DNA of 64,000 nt, from NCBI RefSeq assembly GCF_009914755.1, contig NC_060946.1. One strand, written 5' to 3'. The notes under the pieces are model-generated. The model was given only the letters and a program-made list of their open reading frames with translations. It did not search any database and had not been told where the DNA came from. Of this stretch, positions 1 through 13,815 are shown in pieces. Both the position numbers and the translations under genes were made by a program. The DNA comes from the human T2T-CHM13v2.0 reference genome, Homo sapiens. How positions within the stretch are numbered: the first letter of the stretch is position 1; each line of letters begins with the position of its first letter.

Positions 1-3000
1 ACTTCTTTGTGATGTGTGCATTCAACTCACAGTGTTGAACCTATCTTTTGATTGAGCAGTTTAGAATCTCTCGTTCTGCAGAATCTGCAAGTGGATATTT
101 GGAGCCCTCTTTCGCCCTATGGTGGAAAAGCAAATATCTTCAAATAAAAACTACACAGAAGCATTCAGAGAAACTTCTTTGTGATGAGTGCATTCATCAC
201 ACAGAGATGAACCTTTGTTTTGATTGAGCAGTTTTGAGACACTTTTTTCGTAGAATCTGGAAGTGGAAATTTGGATGGCTTTGAGCCCTATTTTGGAGAA
301 GGAGTTATCTTCACATAAAAACTACAGAGTAGCATTCTGAGAAATTTCTTTGTGAGGTGTGCATTGGAGTCACAGAGTTGGACTTATCTTTTGATTCAGC
401 AGTTTTGAATCTCTCCTTTGCAGATTCTGCAAGTGGATACTGGGAGCGCTTTGAGGCTAACTGTGGAAAATCAAATGTCTTCACATAAAATCTGCACAGA
501 AGCATTCTGAGAAACTTCTTTGTGATTTGCGCTTTCAACTCACAGAGTACAACGTATCTTTTGATAGAGCAGTTTTGAATCTCTCTTTTTGCAGAATCTG
601 CAAGTGGATATTTACAGCACTTTGAGGCCTACTGTGGAAAATCAATTATCTTCCCATAAAAACTATACAGAAGCATTCTGAGAAACTTCTTTGTGATGTG
701 TGCATTCAACACACAGACTCAAACATACTTTTTGGTTGAACAGTTTTGAATCTCTCTTTTTGCAGAATCTGCAAGTGGATATTTGGAGAGATTTGGGGCT
801 TATTTTGGAAAAGGAAATATCTTCATTAAAAAACTACACAGAAGCATTCTGAGAAACTTCTTTGTGAGGTGTGCATTTAACTCGCAGAGTTGAACTTATC
901 TTTTCATTGAGTACTTTTGAATCTCCCTTTTTGTAGAATCTGCAAGTGGATATTTGGAGCTCTTAGTGCCCCATGGTGGAAAAGAAAATATCTTCACATA
1001 AATAGTACACAGAAGAATTCAGAGAAAATTTTTTGTGATTTATTCATTCCTCAAACAGGGTTGAACCTTTCTTTTTATTGAGCAGTTTTGAAACACCCTT
1101 TTTGCAGAATCAATTTGGAGAGTTTTGAGGCCTATTGTGGAAAGATATATCCTAAAATAAAAAATACACGGAAGCATTCTGAGAAACTTCATTGTTTTGT
1201 GTACATTCAACTCACAGAGTTGAACCTATCTATTCATTGAGCAGTTTTGAAAACCTCTTTTTTAGAAACTGCAAGTGGATATTTGGAGCCCTTTGCGCCC
1301 TGTGGTGGAAAAGGAAATATCTTCAAATAAAAACTACACAGAAGCATTCAAAGAAACTTCCTTGTGAAGTGTGCATTCATCTGTGATGTGTGCTTTCACT
1401 TCACAGAATTGAACCTATCTTTTGATTGAGCAGTTTTGAAACTCTCTTTTTGTGGAATCTGCAAGTGGATATTTGGAACCCTTTGCAGCCTATGGTGGAA
1501 AAGGAAATATTTTCAAATAAATAATACACAGAAGCATTCAGAGAAACTTCTTCGTGGTGAGTGCCTTCATCACAGAGAGTTGAACCTTTCCTTTGATTGA
1601 GCAGTTTTGAAACACTCTTTTTGCAGGATCTGCAGGTGGATATTTTAGTGTTTTGAGGCCAAATGTGGAAAATCAAATATCTTCACATAAAAACTACACA
1701 GAAGCATTCTGGGAAACTACTTAGGGAGGTGTGCATTCAACTCACAGAGTTGAACCTATCTTTTCATTGAGCAGCATTGAGTCTCTCTTTCTGTAGAATC
1801 TGCAAGTGGATATTTGGAGAGATTTGAGGCCTATTGTGGAAAAGGAAATATCTTCACATAAAAACTACACAAAAGCATTCTGAGAAACTTCTTTGTGAGG
1901 TATGCATTGAACTCACATAATTGAACCTATCTTTTGATTGAGCCGTTTAGATTATCTCTTTTTGTAGAATCTGCAAGTGGATATTTGGAGCCCTTAGCAG
2001 CCTATGGTGGAAAAGGAAATATCATCAAATAAAAACTACACAGAAGCATTCTGAGAAACATCTTTATGATGTTTGCATTCATCTCACAGGGTGGAACCTG
2101 TCTTTTGATTGAGTAGTTTAGAATCTCTCTTTTTGTAGAATCTGCAAGTGGTTATTTGAGCCCTATTTCACCCAATAGTGGAAAAGCAAATATCTTCAAA
2201 TAAAAACTACACAGAAGCATTCAGAGAAACTACTTTGTGATGAGTGCATTCATCACACAGAGTTGAACGTTTGTCTTGATTGATCAGTTTTGAGACATTC
2301 TTTCCGTAGAATCTGAAAGTGAATATTTGGAGGGCTTCGAGTCCTATTTTGGAGAAGGAGATATCTTCATATAAAAACTACACAGAAGCATTCTGAGAAA
2401 CTTCCTTGTGAGGTGTGCATTGAACTCAAAAAGTTGAATCTATCTTTTGATTCAGCAGTTTTGAATCTCTCTTTTTTGCAGAATCTGAGAGTGGATATTT
2501 GGAGCTCTTTGAGACCTACTGTGGAAAATCAAATATCTTCACATAAAAACTACACAAAAGTATTCTGGGAAACCTCTTTGTGATTAGTACACTCATGTCA
2601 CAGAGTTGATCCTTTCTTTTGATAGAGATGTTTTGAAACACTGTTTTTGTAGAATCTACAAAGGGTTATTTGGTGGAAAAGGAAATATTCTCAAATAAAA
2701 ACTACACAGAAACATTCTGAGAAACTTCATTGTGATGTGTGCATTCAACTCACAGAGTTGAACCTATTTTTTGATTGAGCAGTTTTGAATCTCTCTTTTT
2801 GTAGAATCTGCAAGTGGATATTTGGAGCCCTTAGTGCCCTGTGGTGGAAAAGGAAATATTTTCAAATAAAAACTACAAAGAAGCATTCGGAGAAACTTCT
2901 TTGCGATGTGTGCATTCATCTCACAGAGTTGAAACTTTCTTTTGACTGAGCAGTTTTGAAACACTCGTTCTATAGAATCTGCAAGAGGATATTTGGAGCA

Positions 3001-6000
3001 CTTTGAGACCTACATTGGAAAATCAAATATCTTCTATAAAAACTACACAGAAGCATTCTGAGAAACTTCTTTGTCATGTGTGCTTTCAAATCACATAGTT
3101 TAAACTATCTTGTGACTGACCAGTTTTTAATCTCTCTTTTTGAAGAATCTGCAAGTGGATATTTGGAGCCCTTTTTGACCTATGGTAGAAAAGGAAATAT
3201 CTTCAAATAAAAACTACACAGAAGCATTCTGAGAAACTTCTTTGAGATGTGTGCATTCGTCTTTCGGGGATGAACCTATCTTATGATTGAGCAGTTTTGA
3301 AACATTCTTTTTGTAGTATCTGCAAGTTTATATTTAGAGCCTTTAGAGGCCTCCGTGGAAAAACAAATATCCTCACATTAAAACTACACAGAAGCATTCT
3401 GAGAAACTTCTTTGTGTTGTGTGCATTCATCTCACAGAGTTGAAACTTTCTTTTGATTCAGCACTTTTGAAACACTCTTTTTGCATAATCTTCAAGTGGA
3501 TAATTGGAGCCTTTTGAGGCCTATTGTGGAAAAGGAAATATCTGCACATAAAAACTATGCAGAAGAATTCTGAGAAACTTCTTTGTGAGGTTTGCTTTCA
3601 ACTCACAGAGTTGAACATATCTTTTAATTGAGTAGTTTTGAATCTCCCTTTTTGCCGTATCTGCAAGTGGATATTTGCAGCACTTTGAGGCCTACTGTGG
3701 AAAATCAATGATCTTCCCATAAAAACTACACAGAAGTAGTCTGAGACACTTCTTTGTGATGTGTGCTTTCAACTCACAGTGTCAGACATATCTTTTGAAT
3801 GAACAGTTTTGAATCTCTCTTTTTGAAGTATCTGCAAGTGGATATTTGGAGAGCTTTGAGGCCTATTTTGGAAAAGGAAATACCTTCACATAAAAACTAC
3901 ACAGAAGCATTCTTAGAAACTTCTTTGTGAGTTGTGCATTCAACTCACAGAGTTGAACTTATCTTGTCATTGAGAACTTTTGAATCTCTTTTTGTAGAAT
4001 CTGCAAGTGGATATTTTGAGCCCTTTGTGCCTTATGGTGGAATAAGAAATATCTTCAAATAAAAACTACACAGAAGCATTCAGAGAAACTTCTTTGTGAT
4101 GAATGCATTCCTCACACAAAGTTGAACCTTTCTTTTTATTGAGCAGTTTTGAAACACCCTTTTTGCAGAATGACCAATTGGATATTTGGAGAGTTTTGAG
4201 GCCTATTGTGTAAAAGGAAATATCCTCAAATAAAAACTATACAGAAGCATTCTGAGAAACTTCATTGTGATGTGTGCATTCAACTCACAGAGTTGAACCT
4301 ATCTTTTGACTGAGCAGTTTTGAATCTCTCTTTTTGTAGAATCTGCAAGTGGATATTTGGAGCCCTTTGTGCCTTATGGTGGAAAAGGAAATATCTTCAT
4401 ATAAAAACGACACAGAAGCATTCAGAGAAACTTCTTTGTGATGAATACATTCCTCACACGGAGTTGAACCTTTCTTTTTATTGAGCAGTTTTGAAACGTC
4501 CTTTTTGAAGAATGACCAAGTGGATATTTGTACAGTGTGGGGCATATTGTGGAAAAGGAATTATCTTCACATTAAAACTACGTGGAAGCATTCTGAGAAA
4601 ATCATTTGTGATGAGTGCATTCATCACACAGAGTTGAACCTTTATTTTTATTGAGCAGTTTTGAAACACTCTTTTTGCAGAATCAGCAAGTGGATATTTG
4701 GAGAGCTTTGAGTCCTGTTGTGGAAAAGTAAATATCTTCAAATAAAAACTACACCGAAGCATTCTGAGAAACTTCTTTGTGATGTGCGCATTCACATCAC
4801 AAGTTTGAACCTAACTTATGATTGAGCAGTTTTGAAACACTCTTTTTGTAGAATCTACAAGTAGATATTTGGAGCAATTTGAGGCCTATTGTAGAAAAGG
4901 AAATGTCATCAAATAAATACTACACAGAAGCATTCAGAAAAACTTCTTTGTTATGAGTGCATTCATCACACAGAGTTGAACCTTTCCTTTGACTGAACAG
5001 TTTTGAAACACTCTTTTTGCAGAATCTGCAAGTGCATATTTTAGAGCTTTGAGGACAATTGTGGAAAAGGAAATATCTTCACATAAAAACTACCCAGAAG
5101 CATTCTGAGACACTTCTTTTTGATGTGTGCATTCATCTCATAGAGATGAAACTTTCTTTTGATTGAGCAGTTTTGAAAAACTATATTTGTAGAATCTGCA
5201 AGTGGATATTTGGAGAGCTTTGAGGCGTATTTTGGAAAAATAAATATCTTCACATAAAAACTATACAGAAGCATTCTGAGAAACTTCTTTGTGAGGTGTG
5301 CATTCAACTCACGGATTTGAACTTTTCCTTTCATTGAGCACTTTTGAATCTGTCTTTTTCTAGAATCTGCAAGTGGATATTTGGAGCTCTTTGCACCCTG
5401 TGTTGGAAAAGGAAATATCTACAAATAAAAACTACACATAAGCATTCTGAGAACTTCTTTGTGTTGAGTGCATTCATCACACAGAGTTGAATGTTTCCTT
5501 TGATTGAACAGTTTTGAAACACTCTTTTCGTATAATTTGGAAGTGGATATTTGGAGGGCTTTGAGGACTATTTTGGAAAAGGAAATATCTTCACATAAAA
5601 ACTACACAGAAGCATTCTGAGAAACTTCCTTTTTATGTGTGCATTCAACTCACATAGTTGAATCTATCTTTTGATTGAGCCATTTGGAATCTCTCTTTTG
5701 TAGAATCTGCTAGTGAATATTTGGAGACCTTTGTGGCCTATTGTGGAAAAGGAAATATCTTCAAATAAAAACGACACAGAAGAATTCTGGGAAACTTCTC
5801 TGTGATGTGTGCATTCAGCTCACACGTTTGAACCTATCTTATGATTGAGCAGTTTTCAATCTCTCTTTTTGTAGACTATGCAAGTGGATATTTGGAGCCC
5901 TTTGTGCCCTATGGTTGAAAAGGAAATATCTTCAAATAAAAACTACACAGAAGCATTCAGAGAAATGCCTTGGTGATGAGTGCATTGATCAAAAAGAGTT

Positions 6001-6950
6001 TAAAGTTTCTTTTGACTGAGCAGTTTCGATACACTCTTTTTGTAGAAACTCATAGTAGCTATTTGGAGGGCATTGAGGCCTATTTTTGGAAAAGATATAT
6101 CTTAATATAAAAACTACACAGAATTATTCTGAGAAACTCCTTTATTATGTGTACATTCAACACACAGAGTTGAGCCTATCTTTTGATTGAGCAGTTTTGA
6201 ATCTCTCTTTTTGCAGAATCTGCAAGTTGATATTTGTAACGTTCTGAGGCCTACTGTGGAAAAGCAAATATCTTCAAATAAAAACTACACAGAAGCATTC
6301 TGAGAAACTTTTTTGTGAGGTGTGCATTCAACTCACAGAGTCGAACCCATCTTTTGATTGAGCAGTTTTGAATCTCTCTTTTTGCAGAACCTGCAAGTGG
6401 ATATTTGGAGTGCTTTGAGGCCTATAGTGGAAAAGGAAATATCTTCACATAAAAACTACACAGAGGCATTCTGAGAAAATACTTTGTGATGTGTGCATTC
6501 AACTCACAGAGTTGAACCTATCTTTTGATTGAGCAGTTTTGAATCTCTCTTTTTGTAGCATCTGCAGGTGGATATTTGGAGCCCTTTGTGGCCTACAGTG
6601 GAAAAGGAAATATCTTCAAATAAAAACTAAACAGAATCATTCCGGGAAACGTCTTTGTGATGAGTGCATTCATCACAAAGTGTTGAATCTCTCTCTTGAC
6701 TGAGTAATTTGGAAACACTCTTTTTGTAGAATCTGGAAGTGGATATTTGAAAAGCTTTGTGGTCTAATTTGGAAAAGGAAATTTCTTCAGATAAAAACTA
6801 CACAGAAGCTTTCTGGGAAACTTCGTTGTTAGCTGTGCATTCAAGTCACAGATTTTAACCTATCTTTTGATAGAGCAGTTTTGAAACTCTCTTTTTGTAG
6901 AATCCGCAAGTGGATATTTGGAGCTTTTTGCGGCCTATGTTAGAAAATGA
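1..6950 (+). repeat. Alpha satellite, divergent monomeric layer A (~171 bp monomers)
   Basis: Tandem ~171 bp units matching the alphoid consensus (cattctgagaaacttctttgtgatgtgtgcattca.ctcacagagttgaac...gtagaatctgcaagtggatatttggag...tggaaaaggaaatatcttcacataaaaactacacagaag). Neighbouring monomers are clearly diverged. They carry the pJalpha/A-box form ctatggtggaaaaggaa, and no CENP-B box was seen. The right boundary is approximate. '+' denotes the cattctgagaaact strand. Confidence 0.95.
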
Positions 6951-9900
6951 AATACTCTCACATAAAATCTATACAGAAGCTATCTGAGAAATTTGTTTGT
7001 GATGTGTGCATTCATCTCAAAGAGATGAACCTTTCTTTTGATTGAGCAGTTTCAAAACACTCTTTTTGTAGAATCTGCAAGTGGACATTTGGAGTGTTTT
7101 GTGGCCTATGGTAGAAAAGGAAATATCTTCACATAAAATCTAGACACAAGCAATCTGAGAAACTTCTTTGTGATGTGTGCCTTTATCTCACAGAGTGAAA
7201 TCTTTCTTTTGATAGAGCAGTTTTGAAACACTCTTTTTGCAGAATCTGCAAGTGGTCATTTGGAGTGCTTTGTGGCCTTCGGTGGAAAAGGAAATATCTT
7301 AACATAAAATCTAGACAGAAGCAATATGAGAAACTTCTTTGTGATGTGTGCGTTCATCTCACAGAGTTGATCTTTTTTTTTGATGGAGCAGATTTGGAAC
7401 TCTCTTTTTGTAGTATCTGCAAGTGGAAAATGGGAGTGCCCTGTGGCCTATTGTGGAAAATAAATTATCTTCACTTAAAAACTACACAGGAGAATTATGA
7501 GAAACTTCTTTGTGATGCGTGCGTTCATCTCACTGAGTTGAATCTTTTTTTTGATTAAGCAGTGTGGAAACACTCTTTTTATTGAATCTGCAAGTGGACA
7601 TTTGGAGTACTTTGTGGCATATGGTAGAAAAAGAAATATCCTCACATAAAATCTATACAGAAGCAATCTGTGAAACATCTTTGTAATGTGTGCATTCATC
7701 TCACAGAGTTAAAAATTTCTTTTGATAGAGTAGTTTTGAAACTCTCTTTTGTAGAATCTGCAAGTGAACATTTGGAGCACTTAAAGGCCTATGGTGGAAA
7801 AGGAAATATCTTCACATAAAAACTAGACAGAAGAATTCTGAGAAACTTCTTTGTGATGTGTGGCTTCATCTTACAGATTTGAACCTTTCTTTTGATTGAG
7901 CAGTTTGGAAACACTATTTTGTAGAATCTGCAAGTGGATATTTGGAGCGCTTTGCGGCCTAAGGTAGAAAAGGAAATATCTTTACATAAAATCTAGAGAG
8001 AAGCAGTCTGAGAAACTTATTTGTGATGGGTGCATTCATCTCACAGAGTTAAACCTTCCTTTTGATTGAGAAGTCTTGAACTCTCTTTTTGAAGGATCTG
8101 CAAGTGGATATTTGTAGCACTTTGTGGCTGACGTTAGAAAAGGAAATATCTTCACATAAAATGTAGACAAAAGCAATCTTAGAAACTTCTTTGTGATGTG
8201 TGCATTCATCTCACAGAGTTAACGCTCTTTTTTGTTTGAGCAGTTCTGAAACTCTCTTTTGTTGAATCTGCAAGATGACATTTGGGACGCTTTGACGCCA
8301 ATAGTGGAAAAGGAAATATCTTCACATAAAAACTAGATAGAAGCATTCTGAGAAACTTTTTGTGATATGCGCATTCATCTCCCAGAGACGAACATTTCCG
8401 TTGATGGACCAGTTTTGAAACATTCTTTCTGTAGAATCTGCAAGTGGACATTTCAAGTGCCTTGAGGCCTGTGGTGGAAAAGGAAATATCTTCACATAAA
8501 AACTAGACAGAAGAATTCTGAGAAACTTCTTTGTGATGTGTGGCTTCATCTTACAGATTTGAACCTTTCTTTTGATTGAGCAGTTTGGAAACACTATTTT
8601 GTAGAATCTGCAAGTGGATATTTGGAGCGCTTTGCGGCCTAAGGTAGAAAAGGAAATATCTTTACATAAAATCTAGAGAGAAGCAGTCTGAGAAACTTAT
8701 TTGTGATGTGTGCATTCATCTCACAGAGTTAAACCTTCCTTTTGATTGAGAAGTCTTGAACTCTCTTTTTGAAGGATCTGCAAGTGGATATTTGTAGCAC
8801 TTTGTGGCTGACGTTAGAAAAAGAAATATCTTCACATAAAATCTAGACAGAAGCAATCTTAGAAACTTCTTTGTGATGTGTGCATTCATCTCACAGAGTT
8901 AACACTCTCTTTTGTTTGAGCAGTTCTGAAACTCTCTTTTGTTGAATCTGCAAGATGACATTTGGGACGCTTTGACGCCAATAGTGGAAAAGGAAATATC
9001 TTCACATAAAAACTAGATAGAAGCATTCTGAGAAACTTTTTGTGATATGCGCATTCATCTCCCAGAGACGAACATTTCCGTTGATGGACCAGTTTTGAAA
9101 CACTCTTTCTGTAGAATCTGCAAGTGGACATTTCAAGTGCCTTGAGGCCTGTGGTGGAAAAGGAAATATCTTCACATAAAAACTAGACAGAAGAATTCTG
9201 AGAAACTTCTTCATGATGTGTGTGTTCATCTCACAGATTTGAACCTTTCTTTTGATTTAGCAGTATGGAAACACTCTTTTTGTATAATTTGTAAGTGGAT
9301 ATTTGGAGCGCACTGCGGCCAATGGCAGAAAATTAAATATCTTCACATAAAATCTAGACAGAAGTAATCTGAAAATCTTCTTTGTGATGTGTGCATTCAC
9401 CTCTAAGAGGTAAACCTTTGTTTTGATTGAGGAGTTTGAAACTCTCTTTTTGTAGAATCTGTAAGTGGATATTTGGAAAAGGAAATATCCTCACATAAAA
9501 ACTAGGCAGATGTATACAGATAAACATTTTTGTGATGTCTGCGTTCATCTCATAGAGGTAAACCTTTCTTTTGACTGAGCAATTTGGAAGCAAATTTTTT
9601 TGAGAATCTACAAGTGGACATTTTGTGCACTTTGTGGCCTATTGTAGAAAAGGAAATATCTTCACATAAAATCTAGACAGAAGTAACCTGAGCAATTTCT
9701 TTGTGATGTGTGCATTTATCTCACAGAGTTGAATCTTTCCTTTGATTGAGCAGATTGGAAACAATCTTTTTGTAGGATCTGCATGTGGACATTAGGAGCG
9801 CTTTGCGGCCTATGGTAGAAAAGGAAATATCTTCACATAAAATCTAGACAGAAGCAATCTGAGAATCTTCTTTGTGCTGTGAGCATTCATCTCACAGAGT

Positions 9901-12900
9901 TAAAACTTTTCTTTTGATAGATTAGTTTTGAAACTGTCTTTTTATAGAATCTGCAAGTGGACATTTGGAGCGGTTTGATATCTATTGTGGAAAAGGAAAC
10001 ATCTTCACATGAAAACTAGAGAGAAGAATTCTGAGAAACTTCTTTGTGATGTGTGCATTCATCTCAGAGTTGAACGTGTCTTTTGATGGAGCAGTTTGGA
10101 AACACTGTTTTTGTGGAAACTGCATGTAGACACTTGGAGCGATTCGCGGCCTATGGCAGAATAGGAAATATCTTCACATAAAATCTAGACAGAACAAATC
10201 TGAGAAACTTCTTTCTGATGTGTGCATTCATTTCAGAGAGTTAAACCTTTTCTTTTGATTGAGGTATTTTGAAACTCTCTGTTTGTAGAATCTGCAAGTG
10301 GACATTTTGAGCGATTTCAGGCCTATAGTGGGAAAGGAAATATCTCCACATAAAAACTAGACAGAAGAATTCTTAGAAACTTCTTCATGATGTGGGCCTT
10401 CATCTCACAGAATTGAAGCTTTCTTTTGTTGAGCAACTTGGAAACATTCTTTTTGTAGAATCTGCAAGTGCACATTTGGAACGCTTTGCGGCCTGTGGTA
10501 GAAAAGGAAATATCTTCACATAAAATCTAGATGGAAGTAATCTGAGAAACCTCTTTGTGATATGTGCATTCATCTCACAGAGTTTAACCACTCTTTTGTT
10601 TAAGGAGTTTTGAAACTCTTTTTGTAGAATCTGCAAGTGGACATATTGAGTGCTTTGAGGTCTATGGTGGAAAAGGAAATATCTTCACATAAAAACTGGA
10701 AAGAAGAGTTCTGAGACAGTACTTTATGATGTGTGCATTCAACTCACAGAGTTGAACCTTTCTTTTGATTGAGTAGTTTGGAAACACTCTTTTTGTAGAA
10801 TCTACAAGTGGACATCTGGAGCACTTTGCGGCCTGCGGTAGAAAAGGAAATATCTTCACACAAAAACTAGACAGAAGATTTCTGAGAAACTTCTTTGTGT
10901 TGTGTGCATTCAACTCACAGAGGTAAATCTTTCTTTTGATTGAGCAGTTTTGAAACTCTCTTTTTGTAGAATCTGCAAGTGGACACTTGGAGCGATTTGA
11001 GACCTGTGGTGGAAAAGGAAATATTTTCACATAAAAACTAGAAAGAAGTATTCTGAGAAACTTTTTGTTATGTGTGCATTCATCTCCCAGAGTTGAACCT
11101 TTCTTTTGAAGGACCAATTTCGAAATACTATCTTTGTAGAATCTGCAAGTGGATATTTCAAGAACCTTGAGGCCTATGGTAGAAAAGGGAATATCTTCAC
11201 ATAAAAACTAGACAGAAGAATTCAGAGAAACTTCTTTGTGATGTATGCGTTCATCTCACAGAGTTGAACCTTTCTTTTGATGGTGCAGTTTGGAAACACT
11301 CTTTATGTAGGATCTGAAAGTGGACATTGGGAGCGCTCTGTGGCCTATGGTAGAAAAGGAAATATCTTCATATAAAATCTAAACAGAAGCAGTCTTAGAA
11401 ACTTCTTGGTGATGTGGGCATTCATCTCACAGAGGTAAACATTTTTTTTTTGATTGAGCAGTTTTGAAACACTCTTTTTGTAGAATCTGCAAGTGAACTT
11501 TTGGAGCACTTTGATGCCTATGGTGGGAAGTTAATATCTTCACATAAAACTAGACAGAAGAATTCTGAGAAACTTCTTTGTGATGTGGGGGTTCATCTCA
11601 TGTAGTTGTACCTTTATTTTGATTAAGCAGTTTGGAAACACTCTTTTTTTTAGAATCTGCAAGTGGACAATTGGAGCAATTTGCAGCCTATGGTAGAAAA
11701 AGGAAATATCTTCACATGAAATCTAGACAGAAGCAACCTGAGAAACTACATTGTGATGTGTGCATGCATCTCAGAGAGTTAAACCTTTCTTTTGATTGAG
11801 CAGTTTTTAAACTCTCTTTTTGTAGGATGTGCAATTCGACATCTGGAGCGCTTTGACGCCTATAGTGGAAAAGGAAATATCTTCACAAAAAACTAGACAG
11901 AAAAATTCTGAGAAACTACGTTGTGATGTGTGCATTCATCTCACAGAGTTGAACTTTTCTTTTGATTGAGCAGTTTTGAAACACTATTTTTGTAGAATCT
12001 GCAAGGGAAATTTGAAGCGCTTAGAGGCCTATGTTTGAAAAGGAAATGTCTTCACATAAAAACTACATAGAATCATTCTGAGACCTTCTTAGTGATGTGT
12101 GCATTCATCTCCCAGAGTTGAAACTTTCTTTTGATGGACCAGTTTGGAAATACTTTTTTGTAGAGTGTGCAGGTGGACGTTTCGAGCGCCTTGAGGCCTA
12201 TGGTGGAAAATGAAATTTCTACACATAAAAACTAGACAGAAGAATTCTGAGAAACGTCTTTGTGATGTGTGTGTTCATCTCACAGAGTTGAAAATTTATT
12301 TTGATTGAGCAGTTTGGAAACACTCATTTTGTAGAATCTGCAGGTGGAGATTTGGAGCGCTTTGCGGCCTATGGTAGAAAAGGAAATATCTTCACATAAA
12401 ATCTAGACAGAAGCAATCTGAGAAACTTCTTTGTGATGAGTACATTCATCTCACAGAGTTAAACTTTACTTTAGATTGAGCAGTTTTGAAAATCTCTTTT
12501 TGCAGAATCTGCAAGTGGACATTTGGAGCGCTTTGAGGCCTATGGTCTAAAAAGAAATACCTTTACATGAAAACAAGATAGAAGAATTCTGAGAAACTTC
12601 TTTGTGATGTGTGCGTTCATCTCACAGAGTTGAACCTTTCTTTTGATTCAGCAGTTTGGAAAGACTCTTTTTGTAGACTCTGCACGTAGATATTAGGAGC
12701 ACTTTGTGGCCCATGTTAGAAAAGGAAATATCCTCACATAAAATCTAGACAGAAGCAATCTGAGAAAGTTCTTTGTGATGTGTGCATTCATAACACAGAG
12801 TTAAACCTTTCTTTTGATTGAACAGTTTTGAAACTCTCTTTTTGTAGAATCTGCAAATGGACATTTACAGTGCTTTGAGGCCTATTGTGGAAAAGGAAAT

Positions 12901-13813
12901 ATCTTCACATAAATACTAGACAGAACAATTCTGAGAAACTTCTTTGTGATGTGTGCATTACTTCACAGAGTTGCACTTTTCTTTTGATTGAGCAGTTTGG
13001 AAACACTCTATTTGTAGAATCTGCAAGTGGACATTTGGAGCACCTTGCGGCCATGTTAGAAAGGGAAGTATCTTCACATAAAATCTAGACAGAAGCAATC
13101 TGAGAAAGTTCTTTGTGATGTGTGCATTCATAACACAGAGGTAAACCTTTCTTTTGATTGAACAGTTTTGAAACTCTCTTTTTGTAGAATCTGCAAGTGA
13201 ACATTTGAAGAGCTTTGAGGACTATGGTGGAAAAGGAAATATCTTCACATAAAAACTAGACAGAAAAATTCTGAGAAACTTCCTTGTTATGTGTACATTC
13301 ATCTCACCGAGTTGAATCTTTCTTTTGATACAGCAGTTTGGAAACACTCTTTTTATAGATTCTGCTAGCGGACATTTGAGCACTTTGCAGCATATGGCAG
13401 AAAAAGTAATATCTTCACATAAAATCTAGACAGAGACAACCTGAGAAACTTCTTTGTGATGTGTTCCTTCAACTCAAGGAGTTAAACATTTCTTTTGGTT
13501 GAGGAGTTTTGAAACTCTCTTTTTGTCGAATCTGCAAGTGAACATTTGGAGCGCTTTGGGGCACATGGTGGAAAAGGAAATATCTTCACATAAAAAATAG
13601 GCAGAAGAATTCTGAGAAACTTCTTTGTGATGTGTGCGTTCATTTCACAGAGTTGAATCTTTCCTTTGATTGAGCAGTTTGGAAACACTTTTTATAGAAT
13701 CTACTTTTGGACATTTGGAGCACCTTGCGGCCTATGGTAGAAAAGGAAATATCTTCACATAAAATCTAGACAAAAGCAATCTGAGAAACTTCTTTGTGAT
13801 GTGTGCATTCATC
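6951..13813 (+). repeat. Alpha satellite layer B with loose dimeric (~342 bp) alternation
   Basis: Diagnostics switch to gtggacatttgg. Monomers alternate between 'ggtagaaaagg...aaatctagacagaagcaatctgag...gttaaacc' and 'ggtggaaaagg...aaaactagacagaagaattctgag...gttgaacc' (e.g. 9841, 10011, 10181, 10351, 10521, 10691). Confidence 0.9.
7792..9211 (+). repeat. Tandem duplication of a 680 bp (4-monomer) unit, ~99% identical
   Basis: 7801 matches 8481 (offset 680), including rare variants tggcttcatcttacagattt, gaagtcttgaactc and cccagagacgaacatttccg. About 7 mismatches were counted by eye. Confidence 0.93.
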
Positions 13814-13815
13814 CA

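Noticed and set aside
7277-7293. cttcggtggaaaaggaa, a CENP-B-box-like sequence at the box position
   Set aside because: It has TTCG and the central A but lacks the essential CGGG of NTTCGNNNNANNCGGGN. No intact box was seen elsewhere by eye.
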